Assembly: GCF_001194135.2 (NCBI RefSeq)
Contig: NC_068987.1
Span: 81,035,635-81,099,634, forward strand
Source of the DNA: Octopus bimaculoides
Taxonomy: Eukaryota
Direction of reading: 5' to 3'
Length of the DNA: 64,000 nucleotides
Shown here: in pieces, positions 1 through 14,220 of the stretch
How positions within the stretch are numbered: the stretch's first letter is position 1
How the letters are laid out: each line of letters starts with the position of its first letter
Position numbers and translations under genes: made by a program
The notes under the pieces: generated by a model
Databases searched by the model: none
Seen by the model: only the letters and a program-made list of their open reading frames with translations
What the model was told of the DNA's origin: nothing

Positions 1-108
1 TATATATATATATATATGTATATGTATATATTTATGTGTATATATATATGTATATATATGTGTGCGTGTATGCGTATATGTATGAATATATGTGTGTGTA
101 TATATATA

Positions 109-155
<47 letters not shown>

Positions 156-279
156 ATGCGCATTATTTAGAAGGCTGTTTGTTGTGGCTGATCAGAGAAT
201 GACCATTAGTTTTGCACTTATAAACCCTTAGCTGTATAGGCATGTCAGCGGACTCAAATGGTCAGAGATCCCACCACCA

Positions 280-313
<34 letters not shown>
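1..313. repeat. Compound (TA)n/(TG)n microsatellite (1-~155) and (CA)n tract (~279-313)
   Basis: Dinucleotide runs directly visible; the 16..231 ORF is just their translation. Confidence 0.97.
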
Positions 314-315
<2 letters not shown>

Positions 316-2159
316 TCTTATAAATCTGAAGTGATGGTTAAAAAGCAGCAAATAACAGCAGTGTTATAACTACATATTGGAGTTTAGAAATGGCAATCAT
401 GCAGCACACAATATATTTGCTACCTTCTTTGGTAGCAAACAAATAATGCATTTGTCAACCTATTCAATAATATCTGCTGACATCCTAAGTCAATAAATAA
501 ATCCTCTTGCTCTTTTTAGGCACAATGTATGGCCAAAATCAAACTTGTGTACAAAGTTAAGCTTCATGGTGGCAGTAAAGATAGTTTGCTACAAGTTGGG
601 TTGTCTCTTTTCTAATTGTATACAATCAGAACAGAGTAACAATGTCTGCATGTCACTAAGTGATGATGGTGAGTGATTAGATGTTTAGGAGCTTAACTAC
701 TGAAAACCATTTCTGTGCAGTTCTTTTAATTATAACACCTTCTCTGTACACGAGAGAAATGTTTTGAGTGATTTTGGCAGTTTTGGAATCTTGATTGAAA
801 GCAAAGAGAAGTAAACATCAAAAATGCTCATTCTCATTTTTTTCCTACTTAGCACTCAATTGTCATACATTTGAAAAGAAGAAAAATTTATATAAATTTA
901 AAACTAATAAACAAAAGTTGTAGATGAAGAATAGAGCTACAAAAACAGAAAGGAAAAACATAAAACACTCTGTTAAAAATATTTTTCATGTACAGGTGTT
1001 GTTGTGTGGAAGCACAGGTGTGTCTGTGTGGTATAAAGCTTGCTTCCCAACCACATGGTTCTGGGTTCAATCCCACTGTGTGGCACCTTGAGCAAGTGTC
1101 TTCTACTATAATTGAGAAAAGTCAATTCTATCAACCCCAGTCAATAGCCAGGGTTGACAGTATCAACTATCTTCTCCCTGAAAACTATTGACCTTGTACC
1201 TAAATCAGAAACAATTGATATAAAATACAAGATGGAACCACTCAAATATTAATGAATATTACTGGGTAACACAAGTTCAGCTGTGTTGCATATAATGGTT
1301 ATTTTCACACTGTGCACTATGCTACTTTGCTGAACTTCTAGTCTGGCATAGTATAACACTACAAAGAAATGTACAAACCTTTGGTTAGTATGTTCTGATT
1401 TAACCCTGTTTTCTGAATGTGTGTTATTAGATTTGGAAACAAATTAGTCAGATTATATCATTGTATAACAACAAGAACAGAATTATTATAACAAAAATCT
1501 GTTTCTGTTAATAAATTTCCAATGAATTTATACATATGATTTCACACCAATTTATACACACAATTTCTCATTAATTGATACATATGATTTCTCATAGTGC
1601 ATATGAGAGGGAGTGAAAAGGAAAGTGCAAGTTATAAATATGTAACAGGCAGAATATAGACAAAAAGAAGCAGGGAGTGGAGAGGTGGAATGAATTCATA
1701 TAGTTAGAAAATAGCTAGTGGGAGTTAGAAAGAGAGAAGGATGTCCCTGAGCAGCAGTAAAAGCAAATGAGAAATATGATGAGTACTAGTGGAATGTTAG
1801 TCACTTTTGGTCCTTATTTTTCTCACTTTCCTATTATCCTAGCATCCATCCAGCACCATATTACGATACAATTAACTGTATAGTATTTAGGAGTAGCTCA
1901 ACAATAACTGTCACGAGATTTCAGAACAGATGACAGAAAAAGGAGTTTTCTATTATGATACATGATTTTATTTTAGATGATCGAAACATTTTTATGAATT
2001 TATCGTCTTTGGTGGGTGTAAGACACTCAAATAGCACATCCAGAATATACACACTTACAATACTGATACTCAAAAATAGAAACTGAAATGAAAACTAACA
2101 GTAATTTTCTTAACTCAGATTTCATCCAGATTATTTGATTTCTGGCTTCACAGAATTCA

Positions 2160-2390
2160 ATTTGACTTTTTCGTCACCAACCCAGCTGAAACCGGCTCTG
2201 GCTCAGTAGTACAAATGTTTTGTTTTCATAAGTTTTGAATTAAAATCTTCCATCAAACCTTAGTCACAATTTATATTCCTAACACGAGCTTAATGATTAC
2301 TAAGTTATTTTACTAAATTCTTTGTTATATTTAAAATCAATTGAAGGAAACACAGAACATCTCAAAATAAATACAGTAACGAAAGGGTTA
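2160..2390. mobile_element. Short non-autonomous DNA transposon (TTAA-type MITE)
   Basis: Right end reads gtaacgaaagggTTAA. Left end tttgactttttcgtcac is a degenerate inverted copy (expected ttaaccctttcgttac). Confidence 0.5.
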
Positions 2391-3084
2391 ATGATGAGTT
2401 GCAGAAGAAATTTGAAATCATATATTTGTAGTAAAATCTAAACCTTTCCTATCTCTGTCTCAATAAGTCCTCTGCAATATCTAAAATTTTGAATCCGTAC
2501 TGACTGAAGCAAGCACTTTTTTCAGGCAGCCTAGTTAAATATGTTAATTACAATGTGTGAATGCATGTGTAATAGATAAGTTATTGGTCAGTTATAGCAG
2601 TAATTAAAATTGCTGTGGCAGTAGAGATGAAGGTGGTAGTGACAAAAGTGCAAAGAGCAGTAAGGCCTTGCTGGTCATGTCATAGCAATGGTAGGTGGGG
2701 CCCAATGAGACTCTAAGCCCAATCATTAAGAACAAAGGGTGATTTTCTCTATTGGTGTATCAGTCAGAAAAATAGGTCATTATATTGGGAAGTTTAGCTT
2801 TTAGCAGAGGATTTATTGAGACAAAGGTTCAGATAAAAAGTTGGTCAATAAGTTGATAGCAATAAAAACAATGGGTAAAATAAGCTTAGTTCTACTTTGA
2901 GTCAAACAGGCAGTAGACTGGATCACAACCAAGTTCTGTGTTACACATTTTATGAGCTGAGTAAAGCCTGTAGTTGTGTACTAATGTGATGATGTGTGCA
3001 TGTATGTGAAGATGCATGCATGCAGAGGAATTGGTTATGTATGTACTCTATTGCTCTACAGCATCTTTAATATTATATTTATTT

Positions 3085-3303
3085 AAAGATGGTGAGCTGG
3101 CAGAAATGTTAGCATGCTGGGTGAAATGCTTAGCAGTATTTCGTCTCTCTTTACATTCCGAGTTCAAATTCCACCAAGGTCAACTTTGCCTTTCATCCTT
3201 TCAGGGTCGATAAATTAAGTACCAGTTGCATATTGGAGTCAATCTAATCGACTGGCCCCTCCTCAAAAATTTTGGGCCTTGTGCCTAGAGTAGAAAAGAA
3301 TAT
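3085..3303 (+). mobile_element. tRNA-like SINE, family B
   Basis: Head ggtgagctggcagaaatgttagc with B-box-like gagttcaaattcc. Related copies in either orientation at ~15500-15720, ~19520-19700, ~30770-30985, ~34105-34210 and ~61170-61295. Confidence 0.8.
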
Positions 3304-3311
3304 TATATTTA

Positions 3312-3598
3312 TTGTTGCCAGTGCCGTTGGACTGGCTCCTGTGCAGGTGGCACGTAAAATACACCAATTTGAGCGTGGCTGTTGCCAGTACTGCCTGACT
3401 GGCCTTCGTGCCAGTGGCACGTAAAAGCACCCACTACACTCTCAGAATGGTTGGCGTTAGGAAGGACATCCAGCTGTAGAAACTCTGCCAAATCAGATTG
3501 GAGTCTGGTGTAGCCATCTGGTTCACCAGTCCTCAGTCAAATCGTCCAACCCATGCTAGCATGGAAAGCAGACGTTAAACAATGATGATGATGATGAT
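3312..3598 (+). mobile_element. Retroposon 3' tail (family C) ending in (GAT)n
   Basis: ggcacgtaaaagcacc...ggaaggacatccagctgtagaaac...ccatgctagcatggaaagcagacgttaaac followed by gatgatgat. Many copies: ~7230-7420, ~8270-8460(-), ~11420-11630, ~33640-33850(-), ~53795-54000(-), ~55900-56070, ~62075-62200. Confidence 0.85.
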
Positions 3599-4429
3599 TT
3601 GCTATCAAACTTACAACATATTTCGATTCGAACCATAATTTCTTAATAATAACATATCTTCTTAAAGGTTCTATTAATTTCAATTTCAGAATGGAATAGA
3701 TTGAAAGTTTCATAAGAGACATAATCTTTTTAATTAATTCATCTGTAATCTCTCTTTGACCATGATTTATGATTTTTAACTAACTGAATAATTCCCACAA
3801 TGCCTTTAATGCTGCAAATGGAAATGTATACAAGTTTCTGTCTTTGCTCAATGACAAATCAGTTTGTCGATGTTGTCTAGGGACTGAATGATTGATATTT
3901 GGTTTGAAACCAAATATTATCGAATTCTGAGTAACCCAGCGGCTTAACAGGTTTTGATGAATACACACATACATATTTTAGCTCTATAACTCTTTATATT
4001 GAGTATTTCTTCCTTTGGCATCTGTAACTTGCTTGATCTGCATGAAGTATGTGTGCATAGATACATAAATGCATGTGCATATGTACATAAATATGTATAT
4101 GTAAACCACAAGTTTTAACCACATCAATGAGCAACTGGGCCTTGTAACCAAATTCTTTAGTTGTTGGAATTATATTTGGTGAGTACAAATGTGCATTTTT
4201 GGCAGTAAAGTGTGAGAAACTTGTGCCCTCCTCCAATAGACTAAATATAAATGACCTAAAAGTACAGCCTTCACTTTCTGGTGAAAGCTACTAGCATTAT
4301 GGACAGGATAAGAATGTTTGATCCATAAGTTGTGGTCAAGGAATGACTTACACAACAGAGATATATGGTTTTCTGAATTCTTAGCTTACAACAAGCATAT
4401 CACCCACAAAAACCTTTGTAGTACCTATT

Positions 4430-5170
4430 CTCATTCCAGCGTTTAGCCTTTTAAACTGATCACTGCAAGAACTCAACAAGAGAGCTATATGAACTCACGA
4501 GATGTTCAGTATTATTGGAAACTTCAATATTGATGGAGATGAAGACAGGCTGCTCTTCGCATGCAAGGATGGTGGTTGTGATCTTAAATCTGTTTTGATG
4601 AAATATGAAGCACATATTGTGACACTGAAACTACATCTGCAGCAAAAAAAGAAGTCTAGTAACTATCTTGCCCAATTCTGTGAGTATGAATACTGATGCA
4701 GATCTCTCCACAAATAGCACTGTAAAAACTTTATCTAATACAACAAAATAATGCAAAATTAGACCAATTCACTGAGAAAGTAGTACATGAGGCCTAAATC
4801 ATAAAGGGAGTAAATTAAAATCTTGGCATGATATACCGACAAGTTTATAACATACAACTCAGGAGCAAGTGATTCCCACTATGTATCTACAGTATAAAAG
4901 GTAGAAATACAGGTAGATGACAAATGTAGGCTGTGTAAAACTAAAATTGAAGACATCAGCCACATTGTTGCCAGCTGCAAGAGAGTATCTGTAAGATATC
5001 ATCCTTCCATGAGGCATGATGGCTACAACAATCTTGAACAGAATAAGAAAAAAGAAAAAAACAGCAGATGAAGATGACTGTATTGAAACTAATAGGCAAA
5101 AAGAATATTCTTGGCATTTAAAAATTAAAACAGTCACCAAATTAAAAGACAACCAGTCATATATTGTTTT
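4430..5170 (+). mobile_element. Degenerate R4/Dong-like (restriction-like endonuclease) non-LTR retrotransposon, C-terminal relic
   Basis: Manual translation from ~4922 gives KCRLCKTKIEDISHIVASCKRVSVRYHPSMRHD, a CCHC knuckle plus RHD motif typical of R2/R4/NeSL elements. Stops and frameshifts surround it. Confidence 0.75.
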
Positions 5171-6269
5171 GTAGAATTACAAATAACTCCACAAGTGCTG
5201 CCTGAAATTTAAGAGTAAACCCCAGTAATCACAGAATTCCTGTGTGGATCAGCAATTCTCTTAATTTTGAAAAATGTGCGTCCAACACAAATCTGTAGAA
5301 GGAGGAGTTCTTTGTCAAGTTATATCAAATTGATTTATAACATATACAAAAGACTTCGAATGTAGGGGATGGATATAGTCATTTAAATCAATACAAATGC
5401 ACAACTGATACTTTATTTTATCAAACTACCCCCAGAGGGACCTAAGTCAATGTCAGTGGAAACATGATTGTAACTTATTTTTAGAACATTTTTGCAAATG
5501 TTTACCAGTATGGAAGTTTATTTCACACTGTACCATTGAAATCGTCCAGTAATTTTTCAAAATGTTTATGTTGTAGTTGTTGGACACTTATGAAGATTTA
5601 ATTTTGAATTTCAATCTACATGTCATTGTGTAATCGTCTGATTTGAATGAATTTTGACTGCTGCTCTTGTCTGACATTGTCTGACGCCAGATTCTACATG
5701 GTAAATAGATTTGAAATATCACACTTGTGGCTATTGTTATTTTGAATCAATAGCATTAATTTTTAACCTATTGAAGACAGGATTGTTTTTTCAATAAATG
5801 TTATGCACAATCTTTCAACTTAGAATTACATAGGATTTTAGTGTTACTTCATTGTATTTTCTTACCTAAAGTTTCTATCTGTATTTCTGCAGTGTATTTG
5901 TTTGGTTCCCTACTCAGGAGATTCACTGGCAACCATTTTCTGAAACTTGTATATGATTTACTCCTGCAGGCTATACTATGACATTGGCAAATAAATCCAC
6001 AAACTTGTTTGAAGTCCTTGCTCAGGGATAGCAATATAACATCCTAGGCAGCCATCATCTATGACAGTCAACTCTTCCACACACACACATACATCCGCTT
6101 AACTTCTGTAACAAGAGCTATAAAAGAAACAAACCAACAACCTTTTTAAGTCTTCAATTAATTCATTTCCAAAGAAAAATGACCTTCATTTGCCTCACAA
6201 CTACAGAGGCATTACTCTCTTGTCTCTAGATTCAAATTTCTACAATTCTATGCTCTTTGATATAATTTT

Positions 6270-6650
6270 TCTTCATATCAGTTCCATCCAGCATTGAAAC
6301 AAAAAGCAATTCCACAAAAGTAGCTTGACATTACCACACATTCTTGCCCTTTGAAGAATCATAGATGAATTTAGAATTCCCAAGCAAGTGGAATCAATTG
6401 TATTTGTGGATTTCTCCTGGGCATTTGAGAGAGTCAACAAGAATGGCCTTATTTATCTTGTTGGACTATGACATCTCGGATGAAATTTTCAAAGCTATCA
6501 CCATCATGTATGAAAACCCATCAAACTATATTCAAAGTACAAATGACTCAACTGAAGAGTTTCCAACAACAGTAAGAATCCTTAAGGGAGGCACTCCAGT
6601 TCCTTTTCTCTTTGCGATTGTGGTGATCTATATCTCTAGGAAAGAAATGA
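6270..6650 (+). mobile_element. Degenerate LINE reverse-transcriptase relic
   Basis: ORF 6365..6706 contains IFKAITIMYENP...TEEFPTTVRILKGGTPVPFLFAIVV, a decayed form of the LINE RT motif GILQGDTLAPFLF. Confidence 0.75.
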
Positions 6651-6654
6651 AGCC

Positions 6655-7420
6655 AGTATGCTTTGCTGGATGTACAATGTCAGTGTGCATGTTCAACAGA
6701 GAGTAAGCATCTTGAGAGAAAAGTTGGGCATAAGAGGCATCAGATGTGGTGTGCAAGAGAGACAACTGTGGCATGGTCATGTGATGCATATGGACAGGGA
6801 CAGCTGTGTAAAGAAGTGCTGATCTTTATCTGTGGATGGGACCTATGACAGAGGTAGCACCAGTAAGATATGAGACAAGGTGGTGAAGCATGATCCTTGA
6901 ACTTTGGGCCTCAGAGAGGCAATGGCTAGTGACTGAGAACTTTGGTGATATGCTGTGCTTGAGAAGACCCATTAAGCCAAGTGAAATCATAGTCATAGCT
7001 GATGCTGGTGTCATGTAACTGGCACCCATGCTGGTAGCATGTAAAAAACACCTTTTAAGCATTGGTCCTCATAGAGGCAAAGTGGCTGATGCTGGTGGTA
7101 TGTGGAGAGCTCCTTTTGAGTGTTGGGCCTCATGGAGGCAATGACTGAGATCTTTGGCATTATGTCATGCTTAAGAAGAAGACCCATCAAGCCAAGTAAA
7201 ATTGCAGTCATGGCAGATACTGGTGTCATGCAAATGGCACCTGTGCCGGTGGCACGTAAAAGCACCCATTACACTCTTGAAGTGGTTGGTGTTAGGAAGG
7301 GCATTCAGCTGTAGAAACCATGCCAAATCAGACTGGGTTCTGGTGCAGCCTTCCAATGTGCCAGCCCCGGTCAAACCCATGCCAACATGGACAACGGACA
7401 CTAAATGATGATGATGATGG
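6655..7420 (+). mobile_element. RTE-type LINE 3' end with family C tail
   Basis: ttgagagaaaagttgggcataagaggcatcagatgtggtgtgcaagagaga...ggtcatgtgatgcat reads LREKLGIRGIRCGVQER..GHV, an RTE C-terminus. It continues into the (GAT)n-ended tail. Confidence 0.7.
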
Positions 7421-8751
7421 TCTACGTATATGTGCCTTTGTGTCTGTGCTTATCCCCCACCACCACTTGACAAACAGTGTTGGTGTGTTTATGTCCTAGT
7501 AACTTAGTAGTTCCGCAAGATACCAATAGAATAAGTAGCAAGCTTAAAAAAATTAAAAAAGGACTGGGATCAATTCCTTTCACTAAATGTTCTTCAAGGT
7601 GGTGCCCCAGCATGGCCACAGTCTAATGACTGAAACAAGTAAAAGATAAGAGATTACAAGAAAAGAGGTGTCTTACTTTTGAATGCTGGAGTGTGCAATA
7701 GAATCTAATTCATTGTTAAATTTCAGTTTGACATATGCAATGCATATTTTGTTGATTTCACCTCTTCATAGATATTTGGAGAGATGTATATAGAGAAGTA
7801 TAGTGAATTATTAAAAGAATGTAAAAAATGGTGGTAGTGGTGGGGGGAAGCCTCGTTAACAATACTTAGCATAGTTTCTACCATGAAGCCATATCATATA
7901 ACTGTTTCAAGATTACAACCATATTCTGAAGTGTTTGTTATCTGGATTATCTGCCTTTAACCTTGATATCACAAGGTTCTTTGACCGTGGAATATTATTC
8001 AAAGAACTGAAAATAAATAATTGATATATAAGGATTGCTAAATGTTTGGCAGAAACAGTAAAGTTAGTGGCAGTGGAAAAGAGAAAAGAGAAATAGAAAG
8101 GAAGGAAAAGTATGAGTGTGGGAGAAATGAGAAAATGAGAGGAAGAAACAGGAAAAGAAAAAAAGAAGAAGCAAAAGAAACTAGATCTATGTCAGCTTCT
8201 CATACTATAGAGGAATGACTGAAAATTGTTTGTAACTCTATTAAGAGGTTAGGCCATCATTATCATCATCTAAATTGTGTTTTCCATGCTGGCATGAGAT
8301 GGATGGTTTGACAGGAGCTGGTGAACCAGAGGACAGCATCAAACTCCAGTGTCTGCTTTGGTATGGTTTCTATGACTAGAGGTCCTTCCTAATGCCAACC
8401 ACATTACAGAGTGTATTGGGTGCATTTTATGTGGCACCGACACTAGTGATGTCACCAACTATCTTGTAAGACAAAACCCTCAACTGAGGGAGAGTTGTAT
8501 TGAGTGAGGTGACTTTATGCCAGGTGATGAAGGGCTAAAATGAACAAGAACAAAAACCTACAAGAAACTTACTCCCTCATATGTGCTTCAAACAGATCAA
8601 AGGCTGATTCATCAGACAGCATTTGCCTAATATGTTTGAAAACTAACAGTATTAACAAACTTAGTTGTACTGCAGAGTAAGATGCATAGGACCTACTAAA
8701 TAACAAATTCTTCACAGGATCTTGGAACATTTCAACAAAATCTTACATAAC

Positions 8752-8937
8752 AGGCATCGGAGTGGCTGTGTGGTAGGTAGCTTACTTACTAACCACATGG
8801 TTCCGGGTTCAGTCCCGCTGTGTGGCACCTTGGGTAAGTGTCTTCTACTATAGCCTCGGGCCGACCAAAGCCTTGTGAGTGGATTTCGTAGACAGAAACT
8901 GAAAGAAGCCCATCGTATATATGTATATATATATGTA

Positions 8938-8984
<47 letters not shown>

Positions 8985-9197
8985 TTGTGTGTCTGTGTTT
9001 GTCCCTCCAACATTGCTTGACAACAGATGCTGGTGGGTTTACACCCCCTGTAACTTAGCGGTTCGGCAAAAGAGACTGATAGAATAAGTACTAGGCTTAC
9101 AATGAATAAGTCCTGGGGTCGATTTGCTCGACTAGAGGCGGTGCTTCAGCATGGCCACAGTCAAATGACTGAAACAAGTAAAAGAGTAAAAGAGTAA
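8752..9197 (+). mobile_element. Full-length young tRNA-derived SINE, family A, with internal (TA)/(TG) microsatellite
   Basis: A-box-like ggctgtgtggtag, B-box-like gggttcagtccc, CpGs retained, (aaaagagt)n tail. Fragments at ~995-1105, ~7435-7655, ~14900-15290(-), ~18870-19240, ~37430-37590(-) and ~42400-42520. Confidence 0.9.
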
Positions 9198-10499
9198 CAC
9201 CCAGTGCAGAGTTCCTATGCAGACTGACATGAGGAAGAAGTGTATCACCACAGGTCTTAGCAGGAAACCAAGATGCAGTAAATGTTCAGATATCCAAAAG
9301 ATATTTCATTAAGAAAAAAACTATATCTTACTCTGAGCCACCAGAATGGAATGGACACATGGAAATATATAGACTGTTTCTCCAAATCGTATTCATGTCT
9401 GGCTGGCTGGTTATTAATGTCATAACAAACACACAAACAATATGTCTGATGATGGAAGTTTGAAGTCTGAAAGCTCTCATAGCACAATCGGACAGCAACA
9501 ATGAATCTAGTAACACAGCTCAGTCTACAGTTATTTGTTAGCTAATTCTACTGAATTCCCATAATATCTATCTATCTGTCCATCTATTTGTCAGTCTGTC
9601 TGTCTATCCATCTATCTGTCTACCACCGCCACCACCATCACCATCATTTAACATCCACTTTTCCATGCTTCCATGGGTAGGACGGAATTTTATGAGGCAG
9701 ATTATCTATAACTGCTCATCTGTCCTGTCGCCAATCCTCACCTGTTTCCAAGTAAGGTATTTCCCATAGTCAGACAGGTCTCTCCACAGAAGACTGCAAG
9801 TGAATATCATTTGATAATAAACCAGCTTATGTCCAAATACTGCTCAGTCAGAATTATAAAGAAAATCAGTTTCAGTTAAGGAATTTTCAACAAATTTACT
9901 TCTACAACTTGAAAAAAGGTGAATGTATGCCTGTGGCATATCACTCACCCCTTGGTTCGTATCTTTATTCCCTGCCTATAATCCTGCCATCCACCATATG
10001 ATATGATTAGCTGTGTGGTGCATGCTGCTATTACAGAACAACTACCACAACATTTCATAACAGGAAAAAGAAAAACTAGTTATTCCCATTGTGATCTATG
10101 ATTTTATTACTGAATCAGCTTAATATATTATGATGAATTTATCATGTTTATGGGTGTGTAGCATACAACTTAATGCACAAAATAAATGCCTCTAGTATTC
10201 ATTTAGTTTTTGTTGTACACTATGTTTCTTGTCAAGTTTATTTGTTGTCTATGGGATGAATATCCTTTTTATTCCTGGAATGAATTCAATGATAACTTTA
10301 TCTACACGTTTGCCCATTAATATTAATTAGATTTTGTTGCAGTGATAACCCTCAGTTTTTGATGTGGTGTAGTATTTCTTATCCTTATGATACTGACAAA
10401 AGTTTAATTTTGTGTGTGTTTGTTTCATAAGTGAATTTCAGTTTTTAAATATTTATCTAAATGACTAGTATGATTGTTTGATTGCAAGATATTTATCTC

Positions 10500-10870
10500 A
10501 TGTATACATCAACAATATACACACACATAGAGTCTTGTGTACATATTTTTTTAGAATTCAAATGCATTGAAGATGTAACAAAAGCAAACTTAACCGGGAG
10601 CCTATCTTTTTTAACTTTTAGTATTCCTATAGGGGCTTCTAAATACATCTGTAGTGCATGCGAATAATAAGTTTTGAAGATAATTTGCAGTATATGCGCA
10701 GTTTTCATTCTTGGATGATGGTATGCATGCCTGAGAATGGAGTATATTATGGTGTTTATTGGCACATTAGTGATTAACTGTTCAACATCTAAGGGAGCAA
10801 TGATGCTTTTAGGTGTGGTTGTTCTAAGTATATCAATAAATTCATCTGTTGAATTCATCATAAATGCGTT
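10500..10870 (-). mobile_element. Penelope-like element RT relic
   Basis: ORF 10493..10861(-) reads STDEFIDILRTTTPKSIIAPLDVEQLITNVP, matching the Penelope RT motif SLDVESLFTNVP; degenerate downstream. Confidence 0.75.
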
Positions 10871-13800
10871 GGGTATGTTATCGTTTTATTATTGTATTTA
10901 ACTATGGGGATATGTTATGTGTCATTGAATTAATACATGAGATGATTGGCTTAACGGGTGTTTTTATGGAGCTATATATTTGTGCTTGCATGTCTTCGCT
11001 TCAATAAGTGAAGGGCCTACAGTTTTATTATTTACAGCATAAACACAATAAGTTTAAATTTGATTTTAAGTTCAATTATGGGACCTCATTTGATAGCATA
11101 ATATTTTAATATTGTTTATATTCATACGTATAATCTATTTACATGAGTACAATGGGATCTCAAATACAATGCAAACCCCACCTTTTGCATCTGAAAATCA
11201 GCAATTTATATTTTATCCTTGGTTTTACTTAAACATAATGCTACCCAGTATCTTTGATCCTGATGATTTGATGATTTGTATTAAATTTCTCACATTATAT
11301 ATGTGAAAATATGGTACACACTCACACAGAAGCATATATATATATATATATATTGATACATACATACCTATATGTATGTATATGGGTTCTTGTTTCGCAA
11401 GGTACTTAGTAATCTCTTTGATGCTGGTGCCACGTAAAAAGCACCCAGTACGCTCTGTAAAGTGGTTGGCATTAGGAAGGGCATCCAGCTATAGAAACCA
11501 TGCCAAAATAGACTATTGAACCTTTGTAGCTCCTGGCCTTGTCAGCTCCTGTCAAACCGTCCAGCCCATGCCAGCATGAAAAAACAACTGTTAAATGATG
11601 ATATTGATGATTACGATGATAATGATATGTAGATATAGACGCAAGAATAGTATTTTCAGCCTGCCAGCCTTCCATGGACTGTGGTGCATTTGAATTTAAT
11701 TTGGCTTTATGTAGTCTCTAATCACTTTGGTTTTTCTGGAGTAGGTGGAGCTATGTTGAATGGTAATTAGAGTATGCTGTGAAGAAAAGGTATTATAGAA
11801 GGTTTGCATTGATTAAAGTTGGAGTTGTGTCATTATTCAGAGTTCAGCCATGAATGTGAAACTTTGTAACCATGTATGTCTATTTAGATGTGTCAGCTTC
11901 AGGTCTTAGGATCATATTTCAGGGTTCACAAAAAATGTAGATAGGTGAAAAGGTTAGTTGGTTAACAGACAGGTGAAAGGGTTAGTTGGTTAGTAGACAT
12001 GTAACAAGGTTTAATTGATGTTATTTGATTACAATTTAGAAAATTTAACCTTTGTGTTTTGATGAGGTAAAGTTTGCAGAATATATTTTTATAAATATTT
12101 CTTCTGTTTGGTTTCAAGCATTGGTATTAGTGATGATGATGATGATCATCATCATCATCATTTGAAGCTACTTTTCCATGCTGGAATGAGTTGGATAGTT
12201 TGACAGGAGTTGGCAAAGCTGGGAGCTGCACCAGGCTTCGTTGTCTGAGTGCTTTTTACGTGGCACCAGCACAGACAAGGTCACCAAGTACATTGCAAGA
12301 TATAAGCCCCTCAACTGGGAGGGGAGAGTAGCATTGAGGAGGTGTGGCTTTGTGCTAGTTGAGAGATTAAAGGTATAGAGAGATAGAGGTACATGTCTTG
12401 CTGTAGAGTAGATACATGAATACTCTAGTTGGAAAAGAAAGAAGAGTGAGTTAGAAAGAAATATAAAGAGAGTGATAGTAAGAGAGATGATGGCAAAGAT
12501 AAGTTGGGGCATGCCCTTGAAGAACATTTGGCACGGTGAGAATAAGTGAGGTGATACAGAAGTTCAGACTGGGTAAGTGGGTAGGATTGTAGTGACAGTA
12601 GCAAATGATGGAGAAAAATATAAGAGAGGCTTAGAGGCAAGGGTTGTGACAAAAATGTGCAGGGATTGAGGGTGATAGTAGATAAGTGAGGTGTTAATGA
12701 TGTTTATAACATATTATTTTGGCCCTATGAATATATGTAAATGTGCAGCATCATAAATATGCGTGCAGATATAAATACGGAAACAAATTTTTCAGCCAGT
12801 AACTTTTAAAAGAAGTAAGGTGTGATTTGAAGTGTGTTCGGTCATTATTTCTTGCTTTTGAGTAACCACATAGCAGCTCCCTCATTACACATTAAATTAA
12901 AGAGTTTAATCAGAGATCCAGTTACTGCTTTATACCTTTGAACTGAAAAATTTTGAGTTGGTTTAAGATTGATGTGTCGTTTATAATTCCGGGATCAAAT
13001 AAATATTTATTATTCTAAAATAATTAGTAAAATTTATGAGTGATACAAATGACAACCATTCTTTCTTTTGAGTAAAAATCAACGCAAGTGTCGGCTTAAA
13101 CAAAGTGTAACATATGTCAAAAAGTCACTTTTTATATGTATTCATAATTCTGGCAACTTAATTACACAAATAACAGGAAACAAAAATTAAGAAATGTTTC
13201 TTTGAAGTAAATTATTAAATTTTCTGTAGTATTAATAAGTTTTTAGTAAGACTTAAAGTAAGAAGATTGCATCATCTTGAACAGCTCATTACTGTCATAA
13301 AAATAAGACACTAAATATCTTGTTATTCAGTATTATTTTGTATTTTTATAATGATGGCGGAAACAATTATTTGTGAATAGATTTGATGAAGCAGTAAGCC
13401 ATTGTAGTTTTTAAAGCAATAAGAACTCTCTTGTCAAAGAAATTATTCTCTACTTACTCAAACTATATTTAGTTTTATATTTTCATATTTAATTCTGCTC
13501 AAACATAAAACTAAAATTCTTGAAAGTACTTGAATGTACTTATTATAGATATCAGATGAATGAGAAACTTTTATATCTGTAGTCGGGAACATTCTCATGC
13601 AACATTAATGTTACTTAGGAGAGAGCAATACTATTAGAAATAGCTGAATTACCGAGTTCTCTCAAGAGTAATAAAGCAAATAAAAGGTGTTTAAAAATGG
13701 TTTATTTTATATTTTATATATATACATATATTTATTAATTTCTTTTATGTCACATTTTGTGAGCAGTAACCTTATTAGCTATATGTGACAAAGGGGTGTC

Positions 13801-14013
13801 TTGTGCAATTCGGGCAGAATAAATACCATCAGCTATTTTCTTTGTCTTACCTGTTTATTGACAATCTATCTCCTTGCTACTGCGTATATCTTTCCCACTG
13901 AAATTAAATCTTCCATATAGCTATTCTACTTGATGTTCAGATATTGAGTCCTTCCTTATGGAAATAGTTGCCTTAATCTCAGTATCATGATAACCGTATC
14001 ATATGTGTATATA

Positions 14014-14220
14014 CAGAGTGTCCACAAGGTCTGGGTACATGGAGTAAATAAAATCATAATATAAACAATTAAATATAAGAAACAATAATTTCTTAAAGCA
14101 TCTGTTAATCCCCATGTGAGAACATGGAGTAAATAAAATCATAACATAAACAATTAAATATAAGAAACAATAATTTCTTAAAGTAGGTGTTAATCCCCAT
14201 ATACCCAGACTTTGTAGACT
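14014..14220. mobile_element. Tc1/mariner-type MITE with internal ~85-bp direct duplication
   Basis: TA|cagagtgtccacaaggtctgggtacatgg at left and inverted ccatatacccagactttgtagac at right. The unit acatggagtaaataaaatcataa... starts at both 14037 and 14122. Confidence 0.75.

Noticed and set aside
16-231. ORFs rich in CV/YI/HT repeats here and at ~8712-9087, ~37463-37885 and ~53412-54210
   Set aside because: Translations of microsatellites and SINEs.
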